A DNA stretch of 64,000 nucleotides from Cyanidioschyzon merolae (taxonomy: Eukaryota). Made by a program: the position numbers and the translations under genes. Below, piece by piece: positions 44,815-59,916 of the stretch. The DNA lies in assembly GCA_000091205.1 (NCBI GenBank), contig AP006500.2; one strand, given 5' to 3'. Numbering within the stretch: the first letter of the stretch is position 1; each line of letters opens with the position of its first letter. The notes beneath the pieces were generated by a model. That model ran no database searches, was not told where the DNA came from, and worked only from the letters and a program-made list of their open reading frames with translations.

Positions 44815-46152
44815 GCATGGACAGGACTCTGCGAGGCGATAGCAGGGATGGAAAAGGAGACGCGGCTGGTACCATGGACGCGCGTGCTGCTAGCCCCGCA
44901 AGTGCATCGTTGGGGCACATACACACACCGTTCACGGCGGGTTCGCGAGCAGGCACACGGCCCAGTGTATACTCGGGTTCTGGTCCAAGACGAGGATGCA
45001 CAAAGTCGTGGTATGCGCCGGGGTGACGTATTCGCTTCTACGAAAAAGCTTGCACTCTATGGTTTTTCGAGCAGATTGCCCCTGCGTTGGAACCAGTAGT
45101 CGACTGATGGCTCTGCCGCGACGCCCTTTTCGAGTCGCTGCGAAGCAGGCAACAAGTTGCATCACAGGGCGGTGCGCTTTACTGCTGGCCGGACAGATAG
45201 GTAGAGGGTGTTTGTTACGGACAGCTTCTCATTCATGGGTAAACAGAGTGACGTACGGTGGAAAAGCCGGCTCCGTAGACACAAAAGGAGAGACCTCCAT
45301 CTTCCATTTTCTCGTTTCACAGCGTAGCACATGCGGTGAACAACCTCTGGCGGCGCTGGATGAGGCGAGCACTCTGAAAAGTGCACGCGCTGTGCACTGC
45401 CGGTAGCCTGAACGCCAAATGCCGACTCTACTGGCAGCCGCGAGCACCTCTGGTCTGGGCCTCGTCGATAGTGCAGGCGTGTCCAGAGTATACACACACA
45501 CACACATACAGAGAGCGAGAGAGAACCACGCTAGGTGGCTATACTCGTGGTCGACGCGCTGGAACAGGCTGGGCGACGAAGCACGAACTGTCGCATGGAT
45601 TTCGGTTCAAGACCTGCAGAGTCGACCGGACAAAAGCAACCCAGTAAACCTCATTCATTGCCTGTACCTCGGTATGCTTGTGGGCGTTTCGTTGGTGACT
45701 CGTGATCTTCCTGGACCTTCGACCCCGTTGTGTGGCGCTTAAGCTTGTTATCTGCCTCTGCGACCAGGCAGCGAGAAGCTTTTCGCGATGCTGGTAACAT
45801 GTGACGTTGCTGCCGGCTTTGTTCGGCATGTTCAGTTGCACCTTGAACACTGCAAGCTTCAAGAGATGGCGGAAATGAAACCGTGCAACCTCCGGGACGT
45901 GATCACCCTATGGAATCCGCAGAGAAGTGGCCTGTTGTTGCAGCTTCTCGCGCAGACCAGAGGTCAGCATGCACTGGGCGCTTGTCTGCGCGCGTACATG
46001 CATCTGCACTGCTACCTCTACGCGAACGATAAGGACTGGTCCGGTTCTCGTAGGACGTAAAAAGTTTCTGTGGCGAGGCAGTGGTGGCCTCCTCCGTGGT
46101 CATCGGCAATGTCCGCGGATCTCCGAAAGTCCAGACAGAATCCGGGATCTTG

Positions 46153-46411
46153 CACCGTCATCAAACATCTGGACGCATTCATGAAAACTCTGGCAGAAAC
46201 GGGGATCTTGCACCGTCATCAAACATCTGAACGTATTGATGAAAACTCTGGCAGAAACGGGGATCTTGCACCGTCATCAAACATCTGAACGCATTGATGA
46301 AAACTCTGGCAGAAACGGGGATCTTGCACCGTCATCAAACATCTGAACGCATTGATGAAAACTCTGGCAGAAACGGGGATCTTGCACCGTCATCATCACC
46401 ACCATCATCAC
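46153..46411. repeat. 59-bp tandem minisatellite, about 4.4 copies. Each unit holds a TCATCAA/TTGATGA hairpin. The array ends in a (CAT/CAC)7 run.
   Basis: Unit gggatcttgcaccgtcatcaaacatctgaacgcattgatgaaaactctggcagaaacg, with copies starting at 46153, 46212, 46271, 46330 and a partial copy at 46389. His-codon run at 46391-46411. It lies in the convergent intergenic region. Confidence 0.8.
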
Positions 46412-47528
46412 GTACCAGGCGGGGGTCTCGCGCTGCTTCGCTGCAGGCGAGCGGCTGACAGAGCGTCGAACGACAACTACGGGATGTACCGCACCCACCG
46501 GGGCGCTCGATTTAATGATCTCGTCCGTAGAGGAGCACTCGTCTGAGGATGACGGTACACGGCATTGCATGCCAAGGAGCTGGGATCTCTGTCGAGGTCC
46601 CGTCCCCGGGCAGCGTGGACAAATCCATGAATGCATACCTCATGAGACACATCAATCGCATTGTATCCGAGAGCGCAACACAGGGCACAGGGTCGTTCGC
46701 TCGTCAAATCTGAGCACCCGTGCGGAACTCGGGAGAGGCGTTGCAAGAACCCTGAAGCATGCAGCAAGAAACGAAGGTTTCTTCCCGAGTTATTAGCGGC
46801 AGCGGCGCATCTGACGGTGCCGAGTTCGGATCATCGTTCCTACGTACCATGCCTGTAACCAGAGAATCTTCAAGTAGAAAACACGGGCAAACGGGCCTCT
46901 CTCTGTCGCACGCTGGCATCCGCTGCTTTAGGTTGCCACCTATATTGCCGCTCGCAACGGGACGGCGTTGTCACCTGCCTAGCTCCGAGCGTGTGCGTTC
47001 CGCAAGCCTCTGTCACTGGGAGCGCCAGTACGATGCGTCATCGCTGCGTCACAAGGAAACCGCGCTTGGCGATTCTACGCTCCAACCAGATCATCGACAG
47101 CGGGTATCGAACTGCTGCCCAGACGTACGGGTAATCTCTTGGCGTGAGCACAGCCGCTTCCGCGGGTTATGCAGGAGCGGCGCCAAGCGGTACAGACCCG
47201 ATGGGAAACGCTGCCCAGCAAGCACCCACGTCGTCTCGTTCGTCAACTGCGAAGACGCGTCCAGAGACTTCGAATTGGTAGCTTTCGAGCAAAAGCTCCG
47301 CAATCGGCACGCCTGGGCCGCTCCTCTGATAAGCGTCCGGCATCTGCACCAAAGAATATCGATCACATGTGTATAGATAGAGTATCCTCGCATGAAGCTT
47401 TCATTGCAGGTAGGACGTGTACGGTGACTCGTCGACGGCAGCAGGTACGCGCCCCAGAGAACGATGTTGCCTTGACCCGGGTCCCGGTTACGAAGCAGAC
47501 GTGAAGGCAACACAGCTGCCTTGCCAGT

Positions 47529-49193
47529 TCAGGGCATGTGCCTGAGAACGCGTGCCAGAATATCCAGGAGTATATCCGCGTGATGCTTGTCGAAGATGAG
47601 TGCGGGGCGTAAGCGTACGGTTTTGTCCCCCGAGCTGCCTACAAGAACACCCTGATTTCGCATTTCGCCAAGCAAATGATCTCTTTGCGCTGGACTCGGT
47701 AAATCGAATGCAATGAATGTTCCCCGTCCACGAATGCGCTCCACAAGTGGGTGATTCAAGTCCGCAAGCGCATGTATGAGGTAGTCCCCGACACTGTGGA
47801 CGCGCTCAACCAAGTGATCAGCGACAATGGTGTCAATGATGACGCTTGCCTGCAGCGCACGCAACGGGTCGCCACTCCAAGTTGAATAGATGCGAAACGC
47901 TTGCGGTGGCAGAAACTCTGGTTTGAAAAAGAAACCGCTCGCCTGCATCTTTTTCGCAAAGGTCACCATGTCTGGGGCGAGCTCCGCAGCGCCGGTGCCA
48001 ACGCCTTGTCCCGTTTTCTCGAGTCCCTCGGACCAGTGTTCGTGCGCCCAAAAACGACCAGTAGCGCCGACGCCAGTTTGAACCTCGTCGCAAACCATCG
48101 CAACCTGATAGTGGCGGGTCAGTTCTCTGAGTCCGCGAAAGAACGCGGGCGATGCATGCAGGTCTCCGCCCTCGCTCAGGATTGGCTCCACGATAAGTGC
48201 CGCGACCCGCTGCTCCGAGAGTGTTTTGTCAACGAGATCGAGACACCGCGCCTCGTCTTGTTCGTCTTTCGGAAATGGGAGCACTGGCCAGTTGCCAAAT
48301 GCGGGGATATCGACCTTATGAATCGACTTGGAGCGGGTCGTCGATAAGCTCCCGAATAGTCGGCCATGGAAAGCGTGTTCAAAAGAAACGACCGCCATGC
48401 TGTTCGGACTCCCCGGTTCACTGTTTCGCATACATGAATCGAGCTCAGCGGTCGTTGGGTTCACGTCACCTCGCTCAAGCGCTCGTTTTCGAATAAATGC
48501 GGCCTTTAGGGCATTCTCGACGGCAGACGCCCCACACCCGCAAGTCATCTGTACATTGGCGAGACCTTGGGGTGCAACGGAGAGAATCTTTGTGCGCAGC
48601 GTGTGAACCCACTCTGGTGGTGCTGAGTATCCCAACGCCGGCCGTTGTGCAAGGTGCGGCAGCCAAGCTGGCGACTGAGCAGCTTCAACGAGGTTCGGGT
48701 GATTGTACCCTAGGGGCAGCGAGGCTATGAAGCAGAACGCGTCTAAAAGCAGGTTACCATCTACATCTGCAACATAGTTCCCAAATGACTTGTGCGGATC
48801 ATGGAAGAACTGCACGGTTCTACCCTCTGATACCTCCTGAAGCTCGCGAGCCAACTCGAGCGACCGCGGCCCCGGCACCAGTGTGTGCACCAGAGGTCGA
48901 GCCGGTTCCTCGCGCGCCAACGTGCTCAACAGACACCGACACCTGCGGTGTGATAACCCTATACAACGAAGAGAGAGCGTCCTAGGCATATAGATGCGTA
49001 CGCAGTGCACGAGAGAGCGGCCTGGCTGTCCTAGCGTCTCCCCCGTTCGAATGAAACAAGCGGTGGTACCGTAGTCGCTCGAGAGATTCCGACGTAGCGC
49101 CATTGGGGATCGGAGGTGCGATTTCCACAGGCGGGATGCTGGTCGCCTCGGGAACGCCTCTGAGGAATACAACGTACACCCATGTGTGTGCAT
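47529..49193 (-). CDS. 4-aminobutyrate (GABA) aminotransferase, eukaryotic ABAT type (class III PLP aminotransferase), with a mitochondrial-type presequence.
   Basis: Near-collinear match to animal ABAT: VPGPRSLELARELQ, FFHDPHKSFGNYVADVDGNLLLD, SVAPQG, IVEPILSEGGDLHASPAFFRGLRELTRHYQVAMVCDEVQTGVGATGRFWAHEHW, TFAKKM and RGRGTF. ATG at 49191-49193. A second in-frame ATG is at codon 31. Confidence 0.9.
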   Translation of the reverse strand: MHTHGCTLYSSEAFPRRPASRLWKSHLRSPMALRRNLSSDYGTTACFIRTGETLGQPGRSLVHCVRIYMPRTLSLRCIGLSHRRCRCLLSTLAREEPARPLVHTLVPGPRSLELARELQEVSEGRTVQFFHDPHKSFGNYVADVDGNLLLDAFCFIASLPLGYNHPNLVEAAQSPAWLPHLAQRPALGYSAPPEWVHTLRTKILSVAPQGLANVQMTCGCGASAVENALKAAFIRKRALERGDVNPTTAELDSCMRNSEPGSPNSMAVVSFEHAFHGRLFGSLSTTRSKSIHKVDIPAFGNWPVLPFPKDEQDEARCLDLVDKTLSEQRVAALIVEPILSEGGDLHASPAFFRGLRELTRHYQVAMVCDEVQTGVGATGRFWAHEHWSEGLEKTGQGVGTGAAELAPDMVTFAKKMQASGFFFKPEFLPPQAFRIYSTWSGDPLRALQASVIIDTIVADHLVERVHSVGDYLIHALADLNHPLVERIRGRGTFIAFDLPSPAQRDHLLGEMRNQGVLVGSSGDKTVRLRPALIFDKHHADILLDILARVLRHMP

Positions 49194-50883
49194 AAAATGG
49201 GATTGGAGCTATGAGCTGATTCGTTTCGCGTTTTGTAGGTTGCTCATGTTCGCCCTGTACTCAAGAGCAGTCTTTGCGGGATTTCTATGTGACTGCTTTC
49301 TTCAGCCACCTCGTATTCCTGGTGCTCCATACACCGGTTTCTATCGCGCCTGTAGCATCGCTGTCAGCAGTCGAAGAATATTGATGGCGGATTTCGGGTC
49401 CCTTTCGTTGTCGACGCATTGCACGCACTAGCAAAACTCGTTATCTGCGCTTCGCTTGCTTTTATCGTCTCAGGGTGTACAGCGTCGGTGCACGCTTCAC
49501 AGCGATGACCCTGATGTGATCTGGAGTTCCCGCATGTCTAACACACCTTGCCATCCACTGAGGGCCGCGCTCTGTCGCATACGAGCTTACCTTATCGCTA
49601 GGTGGATGCCCTTGGCGAGAACAGGAGACTATGCACGACGCCCTCGTCTGCTTCCGCACCCGATGCTATCTACGAAGCCTGCGTGTTCCTTGGAAGCAAT
49701 CACACCGACGACTAGGCTGTGCGTTGCACGCGCAACCGCAAGCTGTCCATCCCAATAAAGGCTTGCGGAACGCGATGTTGTTACCTGGAAACCAGTACGG
49801 GGAGGCAAATCGATGCTGGACAAGTCTTAGAGAAATTCTGACTTGTCTACGCTGCACGCGATGCGATCGCCACGATGAATCAAGTGCGATTGCGAGATCC
49901 TATTCGATGGGAACAGAAGAAATGGAAGCCTTTAGGAGCATGTTCCGTGAAATGTATCACGCTGCTGTGGAATATCGCCTTGTCGGTGGTTACAAAGAGA
50001 CGCGGATTTCGCTTTCGGAAGGACTCGATGATCATTTGACGTGAGGACATCACTGAAGTCTCGGCATGAGCTTGTGAACAACAGTCCAAGAGACGACGTC
50101 GATAGTCTTCATCGGGACGAAAGCTCAAAAAAAACTCGAAGAGTGCGTGCATCAAGCATGCCACGTTCAACGACAGGAGAAGAGCGGAGGCCTGAACCTA
50201 TAAACTCGATCATGGTATCGTTTATTTGAGGAGATTTTGGTCAGGAGCGCCGCGAATCATCTGGATTCCCGTAAAGTAACCCCATGTCACCGGCAACGAT
50301 GCGACGGATCCACCCAGCAAGCACGACCGATAACCCCAAACCTACGTCTGAATCCGTACCCACATATTGACGAACATCAATTGTCGACTTTGTGCACCCA
50401 AAATCGTTCGGAATTTTGGAATGAAGGAGCAGAATGATCCATTCAACGCTCCCCTTTTATCCGAAACCCGACACAGATACAGATGCAGGCTTCGATCCAC
50501 GAGGATGTTGCAACCTATGCCGCACCTGAGCGCGCCTAGAGAAGCAGCAGCGCGCTGCTGCTGCGGCCATCAGGCGCTGCGATAGAGGCACGACTGGCGA
50601 CGCGCGCATCCGTACAGCCGCCACGCACGTTTTGTATCATTTTATGCTTCTTTGTACAGCATTTGGTGAGCAGGAGGCGCATGCATCACCTGCGCCGTCG
50701 CCGACGGCCTGCGACGTTCAGGCCCCCACTCGTGCGCGGAGCTGGCAACGCGTGCTTCCTCCAGCTCCATTACGAACGCTTGCGGGACAAGCGCCACGCA
50801 CTTGTCGCCCAGTTGCGTCTAGCAGTGGTGCAAAAAGCACGAGTGTCGAGACCGAGTCGGAACATTAACTTAGCGGTTCAAAT

Positions 50884-52309
50884 ATGTTTGCTTTTCTGGT
50901 CTCGAACGCCGGAGTCTTGCGTGTAGGGGCAGCTCGTCCGAACGGTGCGCTCTGCCGTCAGCAACTGCGGTGGCGCAGCGCGGGCTTGCAGGCGCCGCGC
51001 CGCACACGAGCAGGCCTGCTTCTGGCCATGTCAAACTCAGCAGAGGGCTCTGAGGCTGCTGATGCGGCGGCGGCGGCGGCGGCTTCGCACACTCCAGCAC
51101 AGAGCGCTGAACAGGCGACCGTTGAGTCACCGGCTGCAGCAGTCGCGCCCAGCGAGCCGCACGAGTCCGCGCCAAGTGTCCGTGAAAGCGCAAGGGCTGA
51201 ATTATCCTCTGAACAGTCCGCGGAGACTGAACGAGAACAAGATACCGAAGCGCAAGCGGGCACGGCTGGCCAGGAAAAGGGTAAGGTGAGTGCTCCCCGG
51301 CGGTGACACTAACCGACGGCGCGGTCCGCGGGGTGCTCGGCCTGGTCGTCGTAACCAACGTTTGCCCAGGTTACCGCTGAGTGAAGTCCAGGTCGGTTCG
51401 CTGGTCAAAGGAAAAGTGCGCTCAATCGTCCCATATGGTGCCTTTGTCGACATTGGCACCGTCACAGATGGTCTTCTCCATGTGTCGCAGATGTCGCTGG
51501 AATACGTTCGTGATATCGAATCAATCATGAAGGTGGGGGATGAAATTAATGTGCGCGTCATCAGTGTCGATTTAGAGAAGAAAGAATTTTCGTTGACGCT
51601 TTTGCCGGAGGGTGTGGATCAGGAGCGAAAGGAAATGGTCATGGCCGCACGGGAGCGACGTCGGGCGGCGGCCTACGACGAGAACCCAGCACAAAGTGCG
51701 CCGGTTGCACGACGCAACGAGTCGCGGCGACAGCAAATGTTGAAAGAAGCGGTCTCGCTTCTGTCGGATGACGGCGCAAAGGCAAACGCTGCAGCGCCGA
51801 GCACTGAAGCCGCCAATGCTGCCACTGCCACGAGCACCGATGCTGATGCTGATGCTGAGGCTGCAAAGGAGGCTCCAGTTCCCGGCGCGAAGCGTGATGC
51901 TGCTCAAAAACGGGGTGCAATGCGCCAGTGGTTCGAGAGCACCCCCGCCGCAAAGGATCAGAAGCTCTTTATCCCAGGAAAAGTGGTAAGCATCGAGGAG
52001 TACGGCGCGTTCGTAGCGATCGGTGCCCCGACAGACGGCCTCGTCCACATCAGCGAGATCTCCAAAGACCACGTATCCAAAGTCGAAGACCAGCTGAAAA
52101 TTGGCGATGAGGTGCAAGTACGCGTCATTGGTGTTGACCAGCGACGTGGTCGAATCTCGCTCAGCATGAAACCCTATGAGGAGCGCCAGCCGAAAGCTTC
52201 AAGCGCCGCGGAAAAACGAGCATCTGCACAACCAGAATTTAAGACAACGATGGAGCTGGCCTTTGAAAAAGTGCGTGATCAGCTCGTAGCAGCAGGCTTA
52301 ATGAAGTAA
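50884..52309 (+). CDS. S1 RNA-binding domain protein (two S1 domains) with a transit-peptide-like N-terminus. Two-exon model with an intron at 51286-51391.
   Basis: Exon 1 (50884-51285) has an ATG start, then MFAFLVSNAGVLRVGAARP... and an Ala/Glu/Ser-rich region. Exon 2 (51392-52309) has S1 domains VGSLVKGKVRSIVPYGAFVDIG...LLHVSQMS and GKVVSIEEYGAFVAIGAPTDGLVHISEIS. The two parts are in different frames. A phase-0 GTGAGT donor at 51286, an ACTAAC branch-like site at 51308 and a CAG acceptor at 51389-51391 join them in frame. Confidence 0.55.
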
Positions 52310-52958
52310 GTAAAAGATCTTGCGTTTTGCATTCACGGATAGTTCGGAGCGTTCCTCGGGTATTGCGTTGCTCGTGCTTACATTCGCACTGGATTCGGCA
52401 GCGTGATCGGTATTGCCGATCATTGGTGCGGCTCCTTGGGTCCCGGAGGGGAGTTTCCCGGTGCACGTGTACCTTCCAAGACGCAACAGAGCGTGGTTCG
52501 TTCGTTTGCGGAGCGCTAGCGACCCGAAAGCGACTCGCCTGGCAGTATGCGTCCGTCAACGAATCCGGGTATGCGGACTCGCCTTCCAGCATACATCCAT
52601 GGATGAAACTCGGCGCGCAGACTCGCCTTGCGGTATATACCCAGGGACAAAACTGAGCGTGGGAGTCGTCATTGGCGCTTACTTTCGTTGCTGCTGTGCT
52701 CGGGCCGTGCTTCTTGCGCCTCGCAGTGTGCAGCGGGCGGCGTTCTCGAGTCCTTGATTCGCGGCCGTGTTCTGACAACGAGAGCTGCTCGAGAGCCAAG
52801 TCCTGGGCGCTGGTTCGCCCACATGCCTGTCGACCGTCAGCGTCGTACCACATCGATGCATTTGCGCTTATGCCAGGATATTGCGCGTCGATTTGGCGAC
52901 CTATTCCCGTCCCGATCGCTTTCGCGTGAGCAGCAGGGCTAGCGAGGCGCGCCCGTGT

Positions 52959-53960
52959 TTACCCTTGCGTCCCTGCGGGCGCACTGGCGAGATCCGAGCT
53001 GTTTTGGCGCATGGTGAGTTCGACAGCTTTCGGCAGAAAGCGTCCGCCGATGCGGGGTCTTTGTTTCGCGACGGCCCGCCTGCGGTCGGGATGACGCTCG
53101 CGTTCGCGACGAAACGCCTCGATCTGTAGCCGTCGCTTCTGGCGCCAGCGTAGAATACGCAATGCCCTCTGGTCGCGACCCAGCGAGACTGATTTCTCAT
53201 CTAACTTGTTGGAATTGGTGAAGCGTTCGCCTCCCAGCGATAGCTCCGGTGAGAGGCTCATGCTCGAGATATCTGAATGGAAGTCGCGCGCTGTGTCCTC
53301 TGCTATACGTGTGCAATGTGTCGAGCACGACGAGGCCGACAGCGAGGCGCCAGATCCAACCGCTTTCGCATGCAACGTAGCGTGCGTTCTCGAGCCTCGC
53401 TCTTGCAGTATTCGCCCCGCTGCCCTATCTGGATGCTCTACTGGTTGTGACTGGCAACTGAGAGGCACCGCCCAAGACGGGAACGAGGCAGCCGATTCGA
53501 AGGTACCGTTCCCGAGCACGACGCCAGTGCCTCCGTTCGCACCACGCAATACAGTCCCAGTGGAGGGAACCGGCGGAACCCAATACACCGGTGTCCCGGG
53601 CATTAGGCAAAGGTCAGGAGCTGCTACTTGCAGTGTTCCAGCAAAGCTCGTATCTGCCGCTGCAGGTACCCACGCGAAGGATTGAAGAGCGTGTGGGAGG
53701 GCGTCTACAGCAACCGGAACCAAGAGCGTAGCGCTGTGACCCGGTGGCGGTGTTGGTGGCGGCGGTAAGCTGCAACTCGCCCCCGGCATTGAGCCGTTCA
53801 AGTAAAAAGGAGCCATTTGTGGTGGCGTATGCCCCAAAGCCAGCCCCGGTAGTTGTGGACACCCGAACCCCCAGTTGAAGGCAGCCTCTGGCCTAGGACG
53901 CCGCTGCCCGACACCGTTCACGCCAACCTGTTGGGTTGTGTTTCCAAGACTATGATTCAT
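52959..53960 (-). CDS. CCT-like motif protein (CONSTANS/CO-like/TOC1-type C-terminal motif), with no B-box or receiver domain detected.
   Basis: The C-terminus RDQRALRILRWRQKRRLQIEAFRRERERHPDRRRAVAKQRPRIGGRF compares with the CCT consensus [40 protein letters not shown], though the spacing is slightly longer. ATG start. The N-terminal 250 aa are Pro/Gly/Ala-rich. Confidence 0.45.
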   Translation of the reverse strand: MNHSLGNTTQQVGVNGVGQRRPRPEAAFNWGFGCPQLPGLALGHTPPQMAPFYLNGSMPGASCSLPPPPTPPPGHSATLLVPVAVDALPHALQSFAWVPAAADTSFAGTLQVAAPDLCLMPGTPVYWVPPVPSTGTVLRGANGGTGVVLGNGTFESAASFPSWAVPLSCQSQPVEHPDRAAGRILQERGSRTHATLHAKAVGSGASLSASSCSTHCTRIAEDTARDFHSDISSMSLSPELSLGGERFTNSNKLDEKSVSLGRDQRALRILRWRQKRRLQIEAFRRERERHPDRRRAVAKQRPRIGGRFLPKAVELTMRQNSSDLASAPAGTQG

Positions 53961-56270
53961 GACCGTTTATATTGCCTGGGGAATAGCACCCACAACCAGT
54001 CCAAACCGGTTTGACAATGCACATCGACGTTGTGACACGTGCTGTAGTGTTGGCGATCGTGGTGGCGTGTGCCCTGCGTCCAAGATCGCCACCGCATCGC
54101 GTGTCGAGCCTGTAGCGTGCCACGTGTCCCATAGAGGGAAAAACGATGCTGTGGAGGCCCTCGGTGCCACGACGCTGCGCGCTAGGGACAATACTGTACA
54201 TGTCGTTGATCGTCTCCCATACCAATTGTGTTCCACAGCCCGGTGCGTGTCCTGAAATGCTTTTTTAGCAGATCATAGCAGATGCGATCGAGTTGGGTTC
54301 ATTTGAAGAAATAGAAAATCTAAGGCAAAGTTGTGGAGATAAGCGCAGGGGATCTCGAAGAGCCGATGTCGCCGAGTGCAGGAAAAAGCCGAAAGGAATA
54401 CCTTCTCGTCGGCCATCGATCGGAGATAAACAAGCGACGGCGACGAGGAAGAAGATGAGAGGGGAGGAGATCGTCGAGAAAAGGTATTTACTCGACGTCA
54501 TGATGACGAGATTATAGCATTATAGAGGGCATGAGTTTTAGGCATCCTTGCAGCGGCGCGTTCAGCCCGCGTCAATACGCGCATAGAGTTCGTGAACCGA
54601 TACTTCAACGCCGCTGCAGATATCAGACGATTTGCGGTGCTGGAGGCCAGTCCCTGGTAGCTCACGTGATCCAACATTGTGGGGCAGCGTCCCAGACTCG
54701 AAATGTGCCCAGATAAACTGAAACTGATGGAAGGCGGCCGGTCGAAAAAGGCTGGGAGGCGTCTTCAAGTCGCCGTATATGCATACCCCCCGTGGTCGTG
54801 GGGCATTACGTTCTTCACTGAACACAGATCGGAGCGCGCAGATCGTCTAGTCTGCTGTAGAGAAGAGAGGCATGCGAGCCGTTCTCGGTGTTCAAGCATT
54901 AACGAGTCGCTCGTACGCATGGACACGACAACGAGACGTCGAGCACGAGGCAGTGCATAGCCATATGCGTCACTTTCGCACGCGCGTGCACGTAGGACAC
55001 GTTGTTGCCGCGCAGAGGACAGCGAGGTATCTAGTCTGAGCCAGTGGATAATCCAATGGGCCGTTTTCGCATTTTTATGCACGACGGGATGCTGTCTATT
55101 AAAACGGACTGGCGCGGGTACGCGGACGCAGCCGGTCGTGAGAGCGGAGTCCACAGCTTCCCTCTAGGGTATTTGTGGAAACGACCGTCTCCCGCACAGA
55201 CTTATGGTCTAGAATGGAGCATTCGGCTGGGGAAATCTCTGATTCCCTCGCAGGCGTGGAACGGGCACTGGACACAAGGCCGCGATGGTCGCGCGCTCGA
55301 AGGCCGGAGGGTTTCACGATACCCTGACGTGATCCAGCCCGAAGTTTCGGAACACTGCCAACTGAGGAGCGTGCACACACAGGGTGCTCCTTGACTTGCG
55401 GTACTGGGGCGGCAAGACGGCAACGATTCGGATTACATGGAAAACGGGTTCGGGCGAGGCGCTTCGGCCTATCATGATGTTTGTGCTGTCGTCGTTGTGC
55501 ATGGCAACGAAGTGCGGGCCCGTCGGACGGTAGAACCACCGCTCTCCAAAGCGACAAACCTCACCACCATGAAAACCCGCGTACGGTGGCTTTTCTGCAT
55601 CACCAGTACTGATTCGAGGGAGCGCCTCCCTGAGGCTTCGGTGTCCCGGGCGCGATTCACTTTGCCTGCGCGGTATTCCGGGCCCAGCGCTCGCATCATT
55701 CATTGATTAGGGTTTTCTGGCAACTTGCTTGTTGCTTGCATGAGCGGTGCGCGCTCTGGGTATGAATTCCGGCATCAAGCCAGGGTCGACTTGCGTATAC
55801 GGTGCGCCAGCTGCTCCGATCAAACATGCAATGCAGCGGAATGTTCGGTTGACGTCGCGCAGCGCTTACAACCATCGGACAAGCATGACGTTGATGCTTC
55901 CGGCACTAAGTCAGAAAGAGCCGTCTCCTGCATTCCAGTATGAAGAAGGCGACAGGGACAACAAAGACACCAGTTTACGGTTCTGGTGAACAAGTTTTCG
56001 AACCGATGCCCCAGTGGCATGAGAAGACCGTTCGGTCTCTGTGCTGCACACGCTCTGGTGCTACAGGAGCTATTGCAGACGCTCAAGGCAGGCTTTGTGT
56101 GATGTAGAGCGTACGAATGACCAATAACTTCAAGGGAGAGTACGAAAAGGATATGGTGGAACTCGGATCTAGAGCTTGGAATAATGGACGCTCTCTCGGA
56201 GGCCGATCTGCTTCTAAGACTAGGTTATCTCTAGTCTCTGCAAACGTTCTGTCCATGAGGAGAGCAATAG

Positions 56271-58514
<2,244 letters not shown>

Positions 58515-59304
58515 GATGCGTAAGGATAAAAGGTCATGAATTTTCGTTTGGATGTTCCGCAGAGAGACCGGCGTGATCGCGACAACATTCCAGTGCATGA
58601 CGCATTCGGCAGTGTCTGGTCACTCGCTATAATGGTGATGGTGCTGCCGCTGCTACGCCCACGCATCGACCACGGGAGCGCTTCGTAATCGAGCCTGGGC
58701 GTTTGTGTGTTTGAGTGTGCGGTGCGTAGCGTATCGTGGCGTCTATCGGTTGCTGTCGACCAGCTCAGAGCACATGGCATGGTGATCTCACAGCAAGTGA
58801 CACCGGGGCGCGTCTGCGTTGTCGCTGAGAAGCTGGGATCTGTTGGCATATGCAATTCACGAGATGGGGTACGTCGAGGGCATGTCAACTGTCGGAAAGA
58901 ATCGGCGCTCAGTTTATACTCCAAATGTCGAGATGCAAAGTGAACTGCGCAGAAAGGAACTCGGTATATCCGGCGGTTCCCCGCAATCATGCTCTCATGC
59001 GCAATACTTAGAAGCTTAAGCGTTAGTCCCCGAGTTGGAGAGAAAGTGCAGCGGAGACGCGTGCAAATTCACCGCATGCGACACGCACGTTTCGCTCTTG
59101 CTCGAGCTCCCGGGCGCTTACCGAAGAGAACCTGAGTGCTCACCAAGAGGCCTCGAGATGAACAAGTAGAGCTTGAAGCCAAAGAGCTTTCTTTCGGTCG
59201 TGTTAGGCATTCGACGGATACCGCACGTCCTGCAAGCATTCGTCCCGCTCCAATATACACTCGATGTACGCTGCGAAACCCCCGGAGTACTCGAACCCAA
59301 CCAC

Positions 59305-59916
59305 CTATGCATAGCCGCATGACACGAGAATCTCTTTCAAATCCGCAGGTAATTTGGCTTCCGCGCGTGCCTTAGCCTCTTCTAAGAGTTTATTCTCCTG
59401 TTTGCGTCGCTCGTACCGTTCCTGTGCCAACTTTTTGCGCTTTTCTTCGAGCTTGTCTACGATTGCTGCACGCTTCCAACCTACTTCAGCACTCAGGCGT
59501 CCAAGTCGGGTCCACTTGCGATCTGGTCGGAGTCGCAGTATCCTCAGGGCACACGGCACGACGCGGCGCTTTGCCTTATCATATGGCGGTGGGATGCCGT
59601 CGAAGGTCTCGAGGCGCGCAAGCGCCTGTGCCCCGCGGGCCGTCTTATGCGGCAGCATGCCTCGTACTGTTCGCCAAAATATTTTTGATGGCGCGCGATA
59701 ATGCCAAGGACCGCATCGCGTCGGGTTCGACGCGTGACGCTTCTGGAGGAACAAGAGGTACTTGTTCTTGTTCCGGATGAAAAGGCCGGAGATCACAAGC
59801 TCCTCACACCGAACCACTATGATCCGTTGTCCGTTTAAGAGCTCTTTCGCTACGACAGCCGCCAGCCGACCAAGTAAGTGGCCGCGTCCGTCAATGACAA
59901 TGGGGCCCTCAAACAT
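59305..59916 (-). CDS. RPL13A: 60S ribosomal protein L13a (uL13), cytosolic.
   Basis: [71 protein letters not shown] and [11 protein letters not shown] are collinear with eukaryotic L13a. ATG at 59914-59916. Confidence 0.92.
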   Translation of the reverse strand: MFEGPIVIDGRGHLLGRLAAVVAKELLNGQRIIVVRCEELVISGLFIRNKNKYLLFLQKRHASNPTRCGPWHYRAPSKIFWRTVRGMLPHKTARGAQALARLETFDGIPPPYDKAKRRVVPCALRILRLRPDRKWTRLGRLSAEVGWKRAAIVDKLEEKRKKLAQERYERRKQENKLLEEAKARAEAKLPADLKEILVSCGYA

